A stretch of 64,000 bases of DNA from Candidatus Poribacteria bacterium (GTDB taxonomy: Bacteria; Poribacteria; WGA-4E; WGA-3G), in contig OZ219753.1 in the NCBI GenBank assembly GCA_964291315.2, positions 480,001 through 544,000 on the forward strand. The letters are read 5' to 3'. Both the position numbers and the translations under genes were made by a program. This document shows positions 52,601-61,201 of this stretch, in pieces. The notes below the pieces were generated by a model. The model saw only the letters and a program-made list of their open reading frames with translations. It had not been told where the DNA came from and did not search any database. Within the stretch, counting starts at the first letter, position 1; every line of letters begins with the position of its first letter.

Positions 52601-53007
52601 TTACTTACACCCCAGATCTTGCTAACGGCGAATATCAATTCCATATCACCGCCGCAGATACTAGCAACAACACAGCCGAATTTATTACCACCTTCGTCTT
52701 GAATGAGGAAGTTGCTCTCAGTGAGGTATTCAACGTTCCGAACCCGACAGTTGATGGTAAAACCTTTTTTACCTATTACCTTGCCCAAGCCCCCGACACC
52801 GTCACTATTAAAATTTACAGCGTCAACGGCAGACTCCTTCGAACGCTCGCCGATGCAAGTGCCACCCGCGGAGGAAACGAAACCCGTTGGGACGGCAGAG
52901 ACGAAACAGGAATGCGATGCGCCAACGGGGTGTATCTCTATCGCGTCATCGCTCATACAGAGAATGGAAAAGTCGAACAGGTCGGAAAATTAGCCGTCTT
53001 GCGGTAA
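46612..53007 (+). CDS. Large secreted C25 (gingipain/PorU-like) cysteine peptidase with Ig-like repeats and a FlgD-type C-terminal domain
   Basis: Signal peptide, propeptide-like region, ADYVVIT, LVGDA, IGRL, catalytic GHG and TTCLNG, LFGDP, and C-terminal PNP...WDGRD...ANGVYLY. Confidence 0.85.
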   Translation: MKKSAIFSFIVLICCTIPTMVSVAQTQQNSPLQIFSTTADTLTARFKLPELRVGNGAYAVDEDAPDTVTRIYFAGADWTLDVGKPRLPVYVRRIGIPVVGIPVVTIIQARSEVKSVKNVPITPDDPIFPALTPLRREPRGFYPTKLVEVVPIGFVRDQRIASLQINPVRYNATTKQLKIYSSVTFRIEFPGAATTKQQNRMPTTTFAPAVFAPFRSAVFENLFQGTLQNYEQARSWRNQRRGYSDTPRNSIARAPTLAVSEAYRFKIPVIRTDLYRITYNNIKVAASIEPENIDLDTLQLENGGQKQGVYIFDENENNIFEMGEQIIFYGRALADNKFTEENVYWLRFALRGEPAMGGLESSRVATRDATPRSENLVTPTAFLTRARFEKNIHHDALAGTSVKSELADHYFWSAFRGGNVQSSRKDFPIELPRAVPRLKIDRNATLRIKFQGASRRGAALHRARITFNGLQLGRIEEWKRQVSQIATRGIPQARIHHNQVNFMRIDALDDNKTAPGSYDFYLDWYELDYWRSFQANANRLEFNTNTEPPNRGQVQYRIENFFTEAIDVYQLNAKGIVNKLVGGEVSQTGASYQILFEDTIDQHTRYFVISRTAYRSINALIPAPPTTLRNPANQADYVVITHPTFTESIQPLVKFRRSQGLTALVVDIEDIYDEFSDGLFNPLAIQKFLRYTYNNWQEPVPTYVVLVGDAHYDYKFATVERYREDPNFQGVYNLYPIFVPTFHGWAPESGETAMDQRFVNVSGEDPLPDMLIGRLSVQTPSELVTMVEKIINYEKNLKTGLWQGTLIQVADDNTDNPGDGLFEISRDRLIADIIPVGYDTRQIYLRKIESPELTRLQIRDALNQGALAIEYTGHGGIQTWSDEAIFRSEDVIGLRNRYLPFVITTTCLNGQFDKPQQVGNFCLSEQFLLGEYGAIAALSATRLTYGTANAAFDNDLFESLFGIGRAGNLETRFQSTGTSQTVGHIVANAKISFLTRIRNTQWIPGTEQYTLFGDPASRLAIPELHVKVELERIALNNTHEIVIKANEVGTIENLGAGHTTDPVFKRATDFSTEALSAFATFANNFDDNIRNELTRRTGGRIWQGEYGTIRIDVPDSALPGPGSARIFAFDDTRAAIGGTRFWVDTPVVHDIRETLDIKVTDTLNIAALVVDDLGPAGIRSIKVLWDNTATFKDQIALMVKAPAPLGEVPQGGQWYQLQTPIPVPQDGRQIRYRILITDSNGHEIAVPSKLERNIVKIPEGPNIAIGTEKNDKPPIRYEFDEAEEGYQLVAEIVNSGGRPVRSDIEVVFAEGNPDSEADSIIDEDANILGRLTVKTTDWIDGTHVLQRISTTLYLDKPLGAGVHKIYVFADPDDPGIDDKILGNVQESRQFDNKQHISFIVNEFSYKPQEELTAFSLDRVFDIHLPANALNVRQQSRGGIPLSVSSQTPTEPFQPDLQFAPIPRVAALRQGLIRQGTEVAQYYQPIFRNGVTELAKPAKVKLRFDVSALEDTVREETALQPDSPAFKTALIEIAKQMAIYAWQADFSAWRRLSSQINYNSEADFLLENYVTPTQMENASQQELAESDITINPNLTPAGTWALIFLDAAEYEVFLQRKGETTVQKLDQSGQLDNTFREEGFGLEIQIPRLESTPLGVNYTFEFADVLVFETDYNPGGDVVLTRTWRANTGNGKATVSSRRGPKAEFAIGDWFIFFTQPERYELRDVSGEPIHYPNGVKVRGKVNEPIYLSHLGLEILVTASSETFAFGDKIKFSSTQVGTITAEVNELTHFSLMRSTDIEPPALSLWLDGIRPQTGSVIPPRPTFSIVLEDINGVDLKSFTFEKRKDGGRFETITDYKIRVQGKAQTVPIDYQPILFPGEYTFNVTAQDFNGNAIGGDEKVASYRFFVIDTPDLKPPTIDIQVIALVTGSAREPTGEPLTEGAVLREQPRFKITLTDDSALDETSFNLNFGHLHELIEPLDAINYTKIFDPAAPAQASITYTPDLANGEYQFHITAADTSNNTAEFITTFVLNEEVALSEVFNVPNPTVDGKTFFTYYLAQAPDTVTIKIYSVNGRLLRTLADASATRGGNETRWDGRDETGMRCANGVYLYRVIAHTENGKVEQVGKLAVLR

Positions 53008-53014
53008 ACCGAAG

Positions 53015-53344
53015 CTATTGCAACGGTGAATAATCCGTCGGTTCAAGTATTTTGGAACTCGCTACACTTACCAGCGGTCCCCCAACTTCTGTCAACCGTT
53101 TTGCTTGCTGCCACTCCGGATCTGCGATAAATGCGTCCCATGCCCGCTGGTAGTGTCCGAGATCGTCAAAGGCAAGCATATAGACGAGCTCGGTTGTCGT
53201 CGCTTCACCAATAGCTGTTTCCCAAAAACCGATGATCTTCATACCGTGTTTCTCAAACAATGGAACCGTAATATCCGCAAACCGATCGTTTAAGTTTTTC
53301 ATTTTTCCCGGCACAACTTGATAGGTGCGCAATTCATAAATCAT
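53015..53344 (-). CDS. NIPSNAP family protein
   Basis: MIYELRTY, F..DPEW and L.PTDYSPL. AAGGA RBS. Confidence 0.9.
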   Translation of the reverse strand: MIYELRTYQVVPGKMKNLNDRFADITVPLFEKHGMKIIGFWETAIGEATTTELVYMLAFDDLGHYQRAWDAFIADPEWQQAKRLTEVGGPLVSVASSKILEPTDYSPLQ

Positions 53345-53412
53345 TTTTTCATTTTCCTTTCCAACAATACATGGAACCGCAGCCGGACTGGACATACGAG
53401 CTTTTTCTTTCG

Positions 53413-54111
53413 TCAAAGTATACCATATTTATCATAAACTTCCCGCAGTATCGCGCCGGCTCGGAGGGCATCACGGGTGTACTTCTCTCTACTCACCTTT
53501 GTCAAGGCCGACTCAATCACCACTGTTTCCACTGCTTGTGGAATAACAGCAACTCCGTCCATGTCACCGAACACAATATCACCCGGATGAACTGTGACAC
53601 CCCCGCATTCAATTGGAACGTTGTATGCAACAACGTCAACACGTCCGGAAGAGTCTACGGGAGACAGACCTGTCATAAAGACCGGAAATTGCATCTCTAT
53701 AATCTGTCGGGCATCTCGAATGAAACCTTCAATAATCGCACCACGTGCTCCACGCCCCCGTGCTGCTATTGAAAGCAGTTCGCCCCAAATGCAGCTACGT
53801 GTGCTCTGATTCGTAGAGCACACGAAAATGTCATTCTGTTTGAGACTATCTACGGCTATAATTTCCCGCTGATATGGTTCATCCGGAATTTTGTAGACAT
53901 CTACACACAGTACAGGCATCGCTCGCCCTACGACAACCGACCCCGCGTACAACGGGCGGATTGTGTGTTGCAGGACCTGTTCACGGTACCCAATTCCATC
54001 AAGGGCATCCGAAATTACAGCAGCGTATAGATGCTTTTCCATCTTATCAAACAGTTCTGTGTCATCGTGCCACTTTTGAGTTTCCATAATTTCCCTTGTA
54101 TGGACTATCAA
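53413..54111 (-). CDS. RraA family / HMG aldolase-like protein
   Basis: VISDALD, WGELL, GFIRD and PGDIVFGDMDGVAVIP. Confidence 0.88.
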   Translation of the reverse strand: MIVHTREIMETQKWHDDTELFDKMEKHLYAAVISDALDGIGYREQVLQHTIRPLYAGSVVVGRAMPVLCVDVYKIPDEPYQREIIAVDSLKQNDIFVCSTNQSTRSCIWGELLSIAARGRGARGAIIEGFIRDARQIIEMQFPVFMTGLSPVDSSGRVDVVAYNVPIECGGVTVHPGDIVFGDMDGVAVIPQAVETVVIESALTKVSREKYTRDALRAGAILREVYDKYGIL

Positions 54112-54209
54112 CTTTCATCACTTTGAAGAAATCAGAATATCTTGCTACTGTGTTTAAGACTCGCTGGAGCTTAACTGCTGTTCTTCTGAACACGACTTCT
54201 TTCTGACGG

Positions 54210-54737
54210 TTAGTAATTCTGATAGCCGACTTCTTGAAGACGCGCGGCTTTCTCCGCGACACCATCGCTCAACTTTTTTTTATATGCCAACAATTTCGCT
54301 TCCAGCTCTGGGAATTGGAGCCCCAAGATTTGGACAGCGAAGAGTCCAGCATTTCGGGCACCCCCGGATCCAATCGCCATTGTTCCAACAGGAATGCCGG
54401 GTGGCATTTGCACCGTTGCATAAAGTGCATCCACACCGTTAAGCGGGCCCCCGTCAATCGGTACACCGATAACCGGCAGAGGGGTGTGTGCTGCGATGAC
54501 ACCAGCAAGGTGCGCTGCGCGTCCCGCCCCAGCGATAATTACCTTTCCCCCTTCGGCTTTAATCTTTTCTGTCCAAGCAACTGTCCTTTCCGGTGAACGG
54601 TGGGCAGAGGAGATAGTTATCTCAAATGGGACCTCAAATTCTTCTAAAACCTTTGCGGCTTCCGCCATCTTTTCTAAATCGGAATCACTTCCCATCACAA
54701 TACCAACTAAAGGGGTTTTCTGCTCTCGAAGCGACAT
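54210..54737 (-). CDS. purE: N5-CAIR mutase
   Basis: MGSDSD, SAHRSP, AGAG.AAHLAG and VQMPPGIPV. Confidence 0.97.
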   Translation of the reverse strand: MSLREQKTPLVGIVMGSDSDLEKMAEAAKVLEEFEVPFEITISSAHRSPERTVAWTEKIKAEGGKVIIAGAGRAAHLAGVIAAHTPLPVIGVPIDGGPLNGVDALYATVQMPPGIPVGTMAIGSGGARNAGLFAVQILGLQFPELEAKLLAYKKKLSDGVAEKAARLQEVGYQNY

Positions 54738-54871
54738 ATTTGTATAGTACCTTTCAAGTTTAATAGTTATCAGTACAGTTTGCTAAGCAAACCTGCCTGT
54801 CGATTATCAGTTAAAGCCTGCCGAATCCAAATATATTCGGTAGGCCGCGCTGTGTAACTGCCAACTGTTAA

Positions 54872-55660
54872 TTAATAAACAATATGTGAGTTTCTCTGAA
54901 TAATAAGCGGTTCTGGACCACCCACAGGAAAATTGGATGCCCACTCGTTTGGATCGTAATCACGAGTGACAAAGCAGGCACGATGCCCTGGCACAGCATG
55001 CTTCAAACCGATACGCGTTGCCATTTTCACGCATCCATCGTAGAACGGAAATTCACCCTCTGTCGGGTGACTCGTTAGGAAACCGATATGCGGCTCATAA
55101 GCTGCTACTGCCGAAATCAGTGCATCATGTTCAGCGAAGTTGTTAATCGGGTCTCCACTGAAATAGAGTATTACACCGCCGCTAACAATAACATACCCCA
55201 AATGCGTAACATCAGGCGGGGCTATGTCCACAGATGCATCGCCTTCAGGAGGTTTAGCATAGACAGCATGTACAGTGAGACTGTTAAGCCTCGCCGATTC
55301 ACCTGCACAAATTTCTGATATGTGTGATGATCCGACATTCGTTTCTGCTAGAATCTGACGCACACTCTCTTCGGGACCCACAAACCGTGTAGCATTGGAG
55401 GTCTCCCATATCCGGTTTATAGACTCTGAGCAGGTATGATCTCCGTGTGCGTGTGTCAAGAGAACAAAATCGGTTGGAAGGGTCGATTCATCGAGCGGGG
55501 TGGTGGTATGAATAAAACGCGCAGCAGGACGTTCCCGCGGAAAATATGGGTCAATTTGGATAATCGTGCCAGCCGAATCCTTCACTGCGAAACTGCTCTG
55601 TTCAAACCAGTGGACAGCGATGGACCCTTTCGGCACGTTCAAGTCAACAAGTAGATGCAT
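54872..55660 (-). CDS. MBL-fold metallo-hydrolase (UlaG-like)
   Basis: IDPY, THAHGDH and YFSGD. Has its own AAAGGA RBS before ATG 55660 and is in frame with the upstream VanZ ORF. Confidence 0.8.
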   Translation of the reverse strand: MHLLVDLNVPKGSIAVHWFEQSSFAVKDSAGTIIQIDPYFPRERPAARFIHTTTPLDESTLPTDFVLLTHAHGDHTCSESINRIWETSNATRFVGPEESVRQILAETNVGSSHISEICAGESARLNSLTVHAVYAKPPEGDASVDIAPPDVTHLGYVIVSGGVILYFSGDPINNFAEHDALISAVAAYEPHIGFLTSHPTEGEFPFYDGCVKMATRIGLKHAVPGHRACFVTRDYDPNEWASNFPVGGPEPLIIQRNSHIVY

Positions 55661-56164
55661 ATTGCTTCCTTTTTTAGGAGTTTTCAATTGTCGTCTATCA
55701 ATTCTCCGAACATTCTTGAGGCGATAGCTAGAGTTATCAACGTCCGCAGTAGGCCCCGGCCTGATAGCCGAAGATGAACGTAACGAACGGGCTGGCGAGC
55801 GATAACTATAATAGAGATAGACACCAAATACGCCTGCAATGGAGCCGAGCGCGTCCGCAACCCAATCCGCAACGGTTGCTGATCTACCAGGGACAAAGGT
55901 CTGATGCCACTCGTCGCTTGCGCCATAAAGAATCGACAGTAGTGCTGCGATATACCATATCAGTCGTGACTGCACTATTGAAGGTTTTGTCTTCACAAAA
56001 GCACGAGCGATTAGTCCACCAAGTACGACGTATTCGATAAAATGGTAAAGTTTGTCAATCGTTAACCATTCAAATTCTGGTGTCGGAAGCGGCGGCTGCT
56101 TCATGGACGAGATACCAAAGATGAGAACCATGTACAGGAAGGGCGGTACCCAATATTTTATCAT
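55661..56164 (-). CDS. VanZ family membrane protein (no stop codon; reads through into the MBL gene)
   Basis: DKLYHFIEY, YGASDEWHQTFVPGR and DWVAD. Confidence 0.8.
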
Positions 56165-56302
56165 CTTTTTAACGATTGAAAGGGCGTTGCTGCATCCGTT
56201 GTCCTTGCGAATTTTGAACTTGAATTGGTAAGAAACCTTTCATCGTCCAGAGGCGATGGATTTAACCAGAAATCACTCGGGAACGCTACCCAAGCTGAAT
56301 AG

Positions 56303-58267
56303 TTAAGCGAGCGCATTAAGGATTGCGTCTACGTCGTAGACACACCCGCCCCATGTGCCACCACCGACAGATTGCAATGCTGCCCAAAGCCTCGTATCGT
56401 CTGGTAGTGCTTCATCCGGTGCCAGGTCTGGCCGCGGGTGTCGTTCTGATAACAGATGTTCACCAGCTTCAGCACCAAAATGCTCCTCACCGTGTCCTAC
56501 CAGATCAATATGGCCTACGAGTCGCCGCGTATCAATCTCAATCCGAATTATATCGTCTTCAAGTATCTTTCCAATAGGACCGCCTGCAAGAGCTTCCGGC
56601 CCGACATGTCCGATACACGCCCCTGTTGAGACGCCGGAGAATCGCGCATCTGTAATCAGGGCGATATTCTTCCCAAACGAAAGATGTTTCAGTGCAGCTG
56701 TGAGTTGATAAACCTCTTCCATACCCGTGCCTTGCGGACCGCGGCAACACAAAACTACAATGTCACCAGGTAGAATGTTTGCTCCGCCTTGTCCCTTAAG
56801 CGCTTGTATTGCTTCAGATTCCCGGACGAAAACCCGCGCCGGGCCCGTCATCCGATACACACCATCCGCGTCAACAACACTTGGGTCAATAGCGGTACTT
56901 TTGATGACGGATCCCTCTGGAGCAAGGTTGCCTCGCGGGAACGTGACGCTACTTGTCAATCCCGCTGCTGCCGCTGCCGCCGGATTCAGGATTACCTCGT
57001 CCGGAGTGACGTTATCCTCTTTTTCAAGGATTTCACGGACGCGGATACGTCGTCCGGAACCCAACCACCAATCAAGATTACTACCCAGAGATTCGCCTGT
57101 TACCGTTAGCACGTCTTCGTTAAGGTGTCCTAGTTCACGAAGGTGGAGCATAACTTCAGGAACGCCCCCGGCGAGGAAAACACGTACCGTCGGGTGGCCA
57201 ACGGGACCGTTCGGTAGAACATCCACGAGACGCGGGACGCCCTGGTTGACTTCCGTCCAGTCATCTACCGTTGGACGTTCGAGCCCAGCAGCATGTGCAA
57301 TCGCAGGAATGTGCAGTAAGAGATTCGTCGAGCCACCAAAGGCTGCATGTACCACCATAGCGTTCCGAATTGATTCTGGTGTTACAATGTCGTTCATCGT
57401 CAAACCCTTGGCAGCTAAATTCACCACGGCACGGGCTGAACGGAGTCCCATATCTGACCAGATGTTCTGGCCCGACGGGGCTAAGGCTGTATGCGGTAAG
57501 CTCATACCTAGCGCTTCACCAATCACTTGTGAAGTTGCTGCAGTCCCAAGAAATTGACAACCGCCCCCGGGAGTCGCACAAGCGCGGCATCCCATATCCG
57601 CCGCGTCTTGCAGACTTATTTCGCCGTGTGCGAAACGTGCTCCGACAGTCTGAATTTTTCCGGCATCCTCGCCTATCGTCGGCGGCAGCGTCACGCCCCC
57701 CGGAACGAGGACAGCCGGCAGCTGCCGCATTGAAGCAAGCGCCATCATCATCGCAGGTAAACCTTTATCACACGTAGCAACGCCGACAACGCCTTTGCGT
57801 GTTGGTAGAGATCGGATGAGTCTCCGGAAAATCTGCGCAGCATCGTTACGATAGGCGAGACTGTCCATCATACCCACGGTACCTTGTGTGCGACCATCAC
57901 ATGGATCAGAGCAATAACCGGCAAACGGGATCGCAGCCAGCTCTTTAAGTTCTTGGGCAACCGCTTGCATGAGAAGCCCAACCTCCCAATGCCCGGTATG
58001 GTAACCGAGGGCAATAGGCGCACCATCAGGCGCACGGATACCGCCTTGCGTGCTGAGAATCAGGAATTCCTCGCGGCGCAACTCCGACGGGGCCCACCCC
58101 ATTGCTGTGTTGTGACTCAAGCCGAATATATCACCGCTCGGTCGAGTGAGGAGCATTTCTGCCGTGAGTGGTAGGCTGCCCTCAGGACCAGCAGCATGGG
58201 TTCGGAGATCATAGATGCGGCTATCCCCGGTCTCTAAAATGTCAGTGTAGTGTATCGATTTCGCCAT
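56303..58267 (-). CDS. YjhG/YagF-family D-xylonate dehydratase (IlvD/Edd family)
   Basis: [35 protein letters not shown] and TDARFSG. Confidence 0.9.
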   Translation of the reverse strand: MAKSIHYTDILETGDSRIYDLRTHAAGPEGSLPLTAEMLLTRPSGDIFGLSHNTAMGWAPSELRREEFLILSTQGGIRAPDGAPIALGYHTGHWEVGLLMQAVAQELKELAAIPFAGYCSDPCDGRTQGTVGMMDSLAYRNDAAQIFRRLIRSLPTRKGVVGVATCDKGLPAMMMALASMRQLPAVLVPGGVTLPPTIGEDAGKIQTVGARFAHGEISLQDAADMGCRACATPGGGCQFLGTAATSQVIGEALGMSLPHTALAPSGQNIWSDMGLRSARAVVNLAAKGLTMNDIVTPESIRNAMVVHAAFGGSTNLLLHIPAIAHAAGLERPTVDDWTEVNQGVPRLVDVLPNGPVGHPTVRVFLAGGVPEVMLHLRELGHLNEDVLTVTGESLGSNLDWWLGSGRRIRVREILEKEDNVTPDEVILNPAAAAAAGLTSSVTFPRGNLAPEGSVIKSTAIDPSVVDADGVYRMTGPARVFVRESEAIQALKGQGGANILPGDIVVLCCRGPQGTGMEEVYQLTAALKHLSFGKNIALITDARFSGVSTGACIGHVGPEALAGGPIGKILEDDIIRIEIDTRRLVGHIDLVGHGEEHFGAEAGEHLLSERHPRPDLAPDEALPDDTRLWAALQSVGGGTWGGCVYDVDAILNALA

Positions 58268-58609
58268 TAAGCAGTCTCTCCATTTCCTCTCTTTTTGATA
58301 TTCAGTGCCCTCTGTTCATTCAGGCTACACACAAATTCTCCAACAACATCTTCGCCCATCAATGTGTCTTCATAAGTGAGCAACGTGAAATTTGTGTCGT
58401 AACGATAGACCGTAACAGCCGCTAGTTCCGGAGGAACAAGCGAACCTTTGCATCTGATATATTCATAACCTTCTAAGTTGTCTCAGAGAAACCCGTCTAG
58501 CCACGTTGTACTGGCCGTGGATGTTCTCTCAATCGTTTCAGCGGATGCTTGCAAGTTAAGCATCTATTTTCCTCGCTGATAGGGCAGTTGGGAAAACCGC
58601 TATCAGTGC

Positions 58610-60844
58610 CTATTTCTTGCTAGAGTCGGAGATCAGTTTTATAACCTCGACTCTGCCCGCCTTGACTTCTGCTTCGTCCACTTCTATCCGTAGTAACCCA
58701 GCTATAAATAGCGTTAATTCCCAGTCAACTTTTGCTGCATCGAGAGGTGTAATGCCGTCACTATTCCGAAGGGTCGTATCGGCACCTTTTTCTAGGAGTA
58801 ACTTTACCGTTTCAGCGCGTCCCAAGAAAGCCGCCGCGTGGAGTGCTGTTCCCCCGTTTCGATCTGTCACATTGATGTCTGCGCCCTGTTCAAGGAGCAT
58901 AGCGACTGCCTTTGTCTGTCCCATCACTGCTGCGGTACTCAACAGTGTAGATCCCGACTCCAAGTTTTTGGCATTAGGGTCCGCACCATCTCTTAAAGCC
59001 TGCTCAAGAGCCTCGGTGTTACCGATGAACGCTGATTCCCATATATCAGTTGTCCCCATGTGTTGTTCCGAGGGGAGGCTAATATTGAGCATATCAGCAA
59101 TTCTGATTCTCGCCGCTTCTACCTGCTTCTTCTCCAACTTTATGCCTAAAGGTTCTGATAAATGCCTTGTCGTTTCCCAAGGGACTGCCAAAAGGTCTGT
59201 CAGTGTAGCACCGTCGCTGTTTTTTACGTTCACATCGGCTCCATTCTTTATAAGCAGCTCGGCGGTTTCAGCACGTCCCATAAACGCAGCCAGATGCAAA
59301 GCAGTATTACCGTCTCTATTTCTGCCGTTGATATCTGCTCCATTCTGAAGAAGCAGTTCAACAGCTGCTGTCTTGCCCATCATGGCAGCCCATGCCAGGG
59401 GCGGCATTTCGAAACGCATCTCATTAACATCAGCACCTTCCGCTAGGTAACGTTTAATCGCCATAAGGTCTCCGGCGTGTGCAGCACCTACTAAGGTATT
59501 TTCCATTAATTTTAGGAATCCGGTCATGGAATCTCCGTCTTCAGGCATAACGAAGGGCGGGTCGGGTCGTTTCCTCCACACCGGCATCTGCTTAGCGATC
59601 TCTGTCTCTATATCGTTCTTACGGTCGCGGATGAAGTCGCGAGCCGCTTCTAATTCACTCGCATAAGTCGGCTTAGATTCCTGCCCCCACCTTTCACCTC
59701 TATTCCATTCTTCTTCAATTACACGCTGAGCAGGCACTAAATGTGGTTCAACCATCAGGGCAATTTTGTCTAATGTTGCTAACAATTCTGCGGTGTTCCA
59801 ATGTTTTTCTAGAATGTCTGTGAGCACTTCCTTATATCGCCGCCGTCCAGCCTCGAATTGATACAACTTATAGGCAATTAGGCCCTGGGTCTTTACAGAT
59901 ATTGGGGCCCGCGCGTCGTTCATAAAGTCAAGTTTACTCAACTTGGTAAAAATAGAGTCCATACCCCACGGAATGAAGTAGAATTTGTTGTCATCCGGGT
60001 TAAGATAAATGAAAAAGTTGTTTTTATTCCCGGAGTAACCGTCCCAGAAACCGACTAAACTCTCAGCCGCCCAGAACTTATAAAACGACTCTAAATCTAC
60101 CAATGTACCGATGTCAGCTTCCGTCGTTTTCGGGTCCTCCAGCAAGTTAATCAAGGTTTTAATTTGTCTTCTACCGCGTGTGTCGTCACCACGCTTGTGT
60201 TCGAAGCTATTCTCCCACCCTTCATAAAAATCCACAACCGTTCCTTCATAGAGCGAGCCATCGTCGTTCCCGAAAGCACGTTTCAACAACGGTTTCCGAA
60301 CAGTCTCCACGTGTGAATAAATGCCAAGGTTCTTACCGTTCACTGTCACCATCGCATATGCACACCGCGGGGCAGGTGACCCAATTGCGTTAAACAAAGC
60401 GTACCCCATAAATTGACTCACCAAACCTGTATCTTGTTTATTGTTGTTAAGTGTTAGGTTTGTTAGGCCCGCAATCCCACTCTCTTTGTCAATGTGATTT
60501 AGTTTGATTTTAAGTGAAGGACGAGTATGGCTTAGGGAACCAATAAATCCTTTTTTCCGCAGTCCTACTTTCGGGAAAGAGACACCGTCAATGCTGACAC
60601 TCGCTTCTACGTAGGTATACGGACGCTCCATCGGCCCAAATTGTCGGGATGCAGCAAGGGCAGTCCTGAAATCCCGCGACTGGTATCGGATTGTATCCCA
60701 ATCCTGCTGTGAGAGCGTAATCTGTACGTCTATAACGCGGTCTGTCGGGAAAATATCATCTAAGGTTAGATCTTTCGCGCTGACGGGATGCAAGGCTATC
60801 CCAAGACAGAAAATGATTGCTGAGTACATTATCCATTTTGCCAT
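58610..60844 (-). CDS. Secreted CotH-kinase-like protein with C-terminal ankyrin repeats
   Basis: Signal peptide, VGLRKKG, NGKNLGIY, WDGY..NKNNF and PWGMD. Ankyrin motifs G.TALH.AA..G and GADVN. Confidence 0.85.
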   Translation of the reverse strand: MAKWIMYSAIIFCLGIALHPVSAKDLTLDDIFPTDRVIDVQITLSQQDWDTIRYQSRDFRTALAASRQFGPMERPYTYVEASVSIDGVSFPKVGLRKKGFIGSLSHTRPSLKIKLNHIDKESGIAGLTNLTLNNNKQDTGLVSQFMGYALFNAIGSPAPRCAYAMVTVNGKNLGIYSHVETVRKPLLKRAFGNDDGSLYEGTVVDFYEGWENSFEHKRGDDTRGRRQIKTLINLLEDPKTTEADIGTLVDLESFYKFWAAESLVGFWDGYSGNKNNFFIYLNPDDNKFYFIPWGMDSIFTKLSKLDFMNDARAPISVKTQGLIAYKLYQFEAGRRRYKEVLTDILEKHWNTAELLATLDKIALMVEPHLVPAQRVIEEEWNRGERWGQESKPTYASELEAARDFIRDRKNDIETEIAKQMPVWRKRPDPPFVMPEDGDSMTGFLKLMENTLVGAAHAGDLMAIKRYLAEGADVNEMRFEMPPLAWAAMMGKTAAVELLLQNGADINGRNRDGNTALHLAAFMGRAETAELLIKNGADVNVKNSDGATLTDLLAVPWETTRHLSEPLGIKLEKKQVEAARIRIADMLNISLPSEQHMGTTDIWESAFIGNTEALEQALRDGADPNAKNLESGSTLLSTAAVMGQTKAVAMLLEQGADINVTDRNGGTALHAAAFLGRAETVKLLLEKGADTTLRNSDGITPLDAAKVDWELTLFIAGLLRIEVDEAEVKAGRVEVIKLISDSSKK

Positions 60845-61201
60845 GTTTTTTCTCCTTCATCCAGATTTCTGTTTATGATTAGTTTAGCACATTTTGGTTT
60901 TTTATGCTTGCAAATATGTTAGATATCTAGAGTCATTACGCAAAAAAATATCTGCGAATGAATTTTAATCTAGCCTAAGGCCACCTAATGCCCTAGTTCT
61001 TCTGTGAATACCTCGATATCCAATGCCCGAGATATATTGTGAAAGAAGGGACTTGAAATCTCCTCACTTATAAAGGCAAAACAAACCGTAGATCATAGTC
61101 AAGTCCGAAGAACCTAAACGGCAACATTGACAAATCCGCGGAGGGCGGATTGGCTGCGCCAATTGCTGCGGTGCAATTGCTTGTATCAAGATTAAAAAAC
61201 A

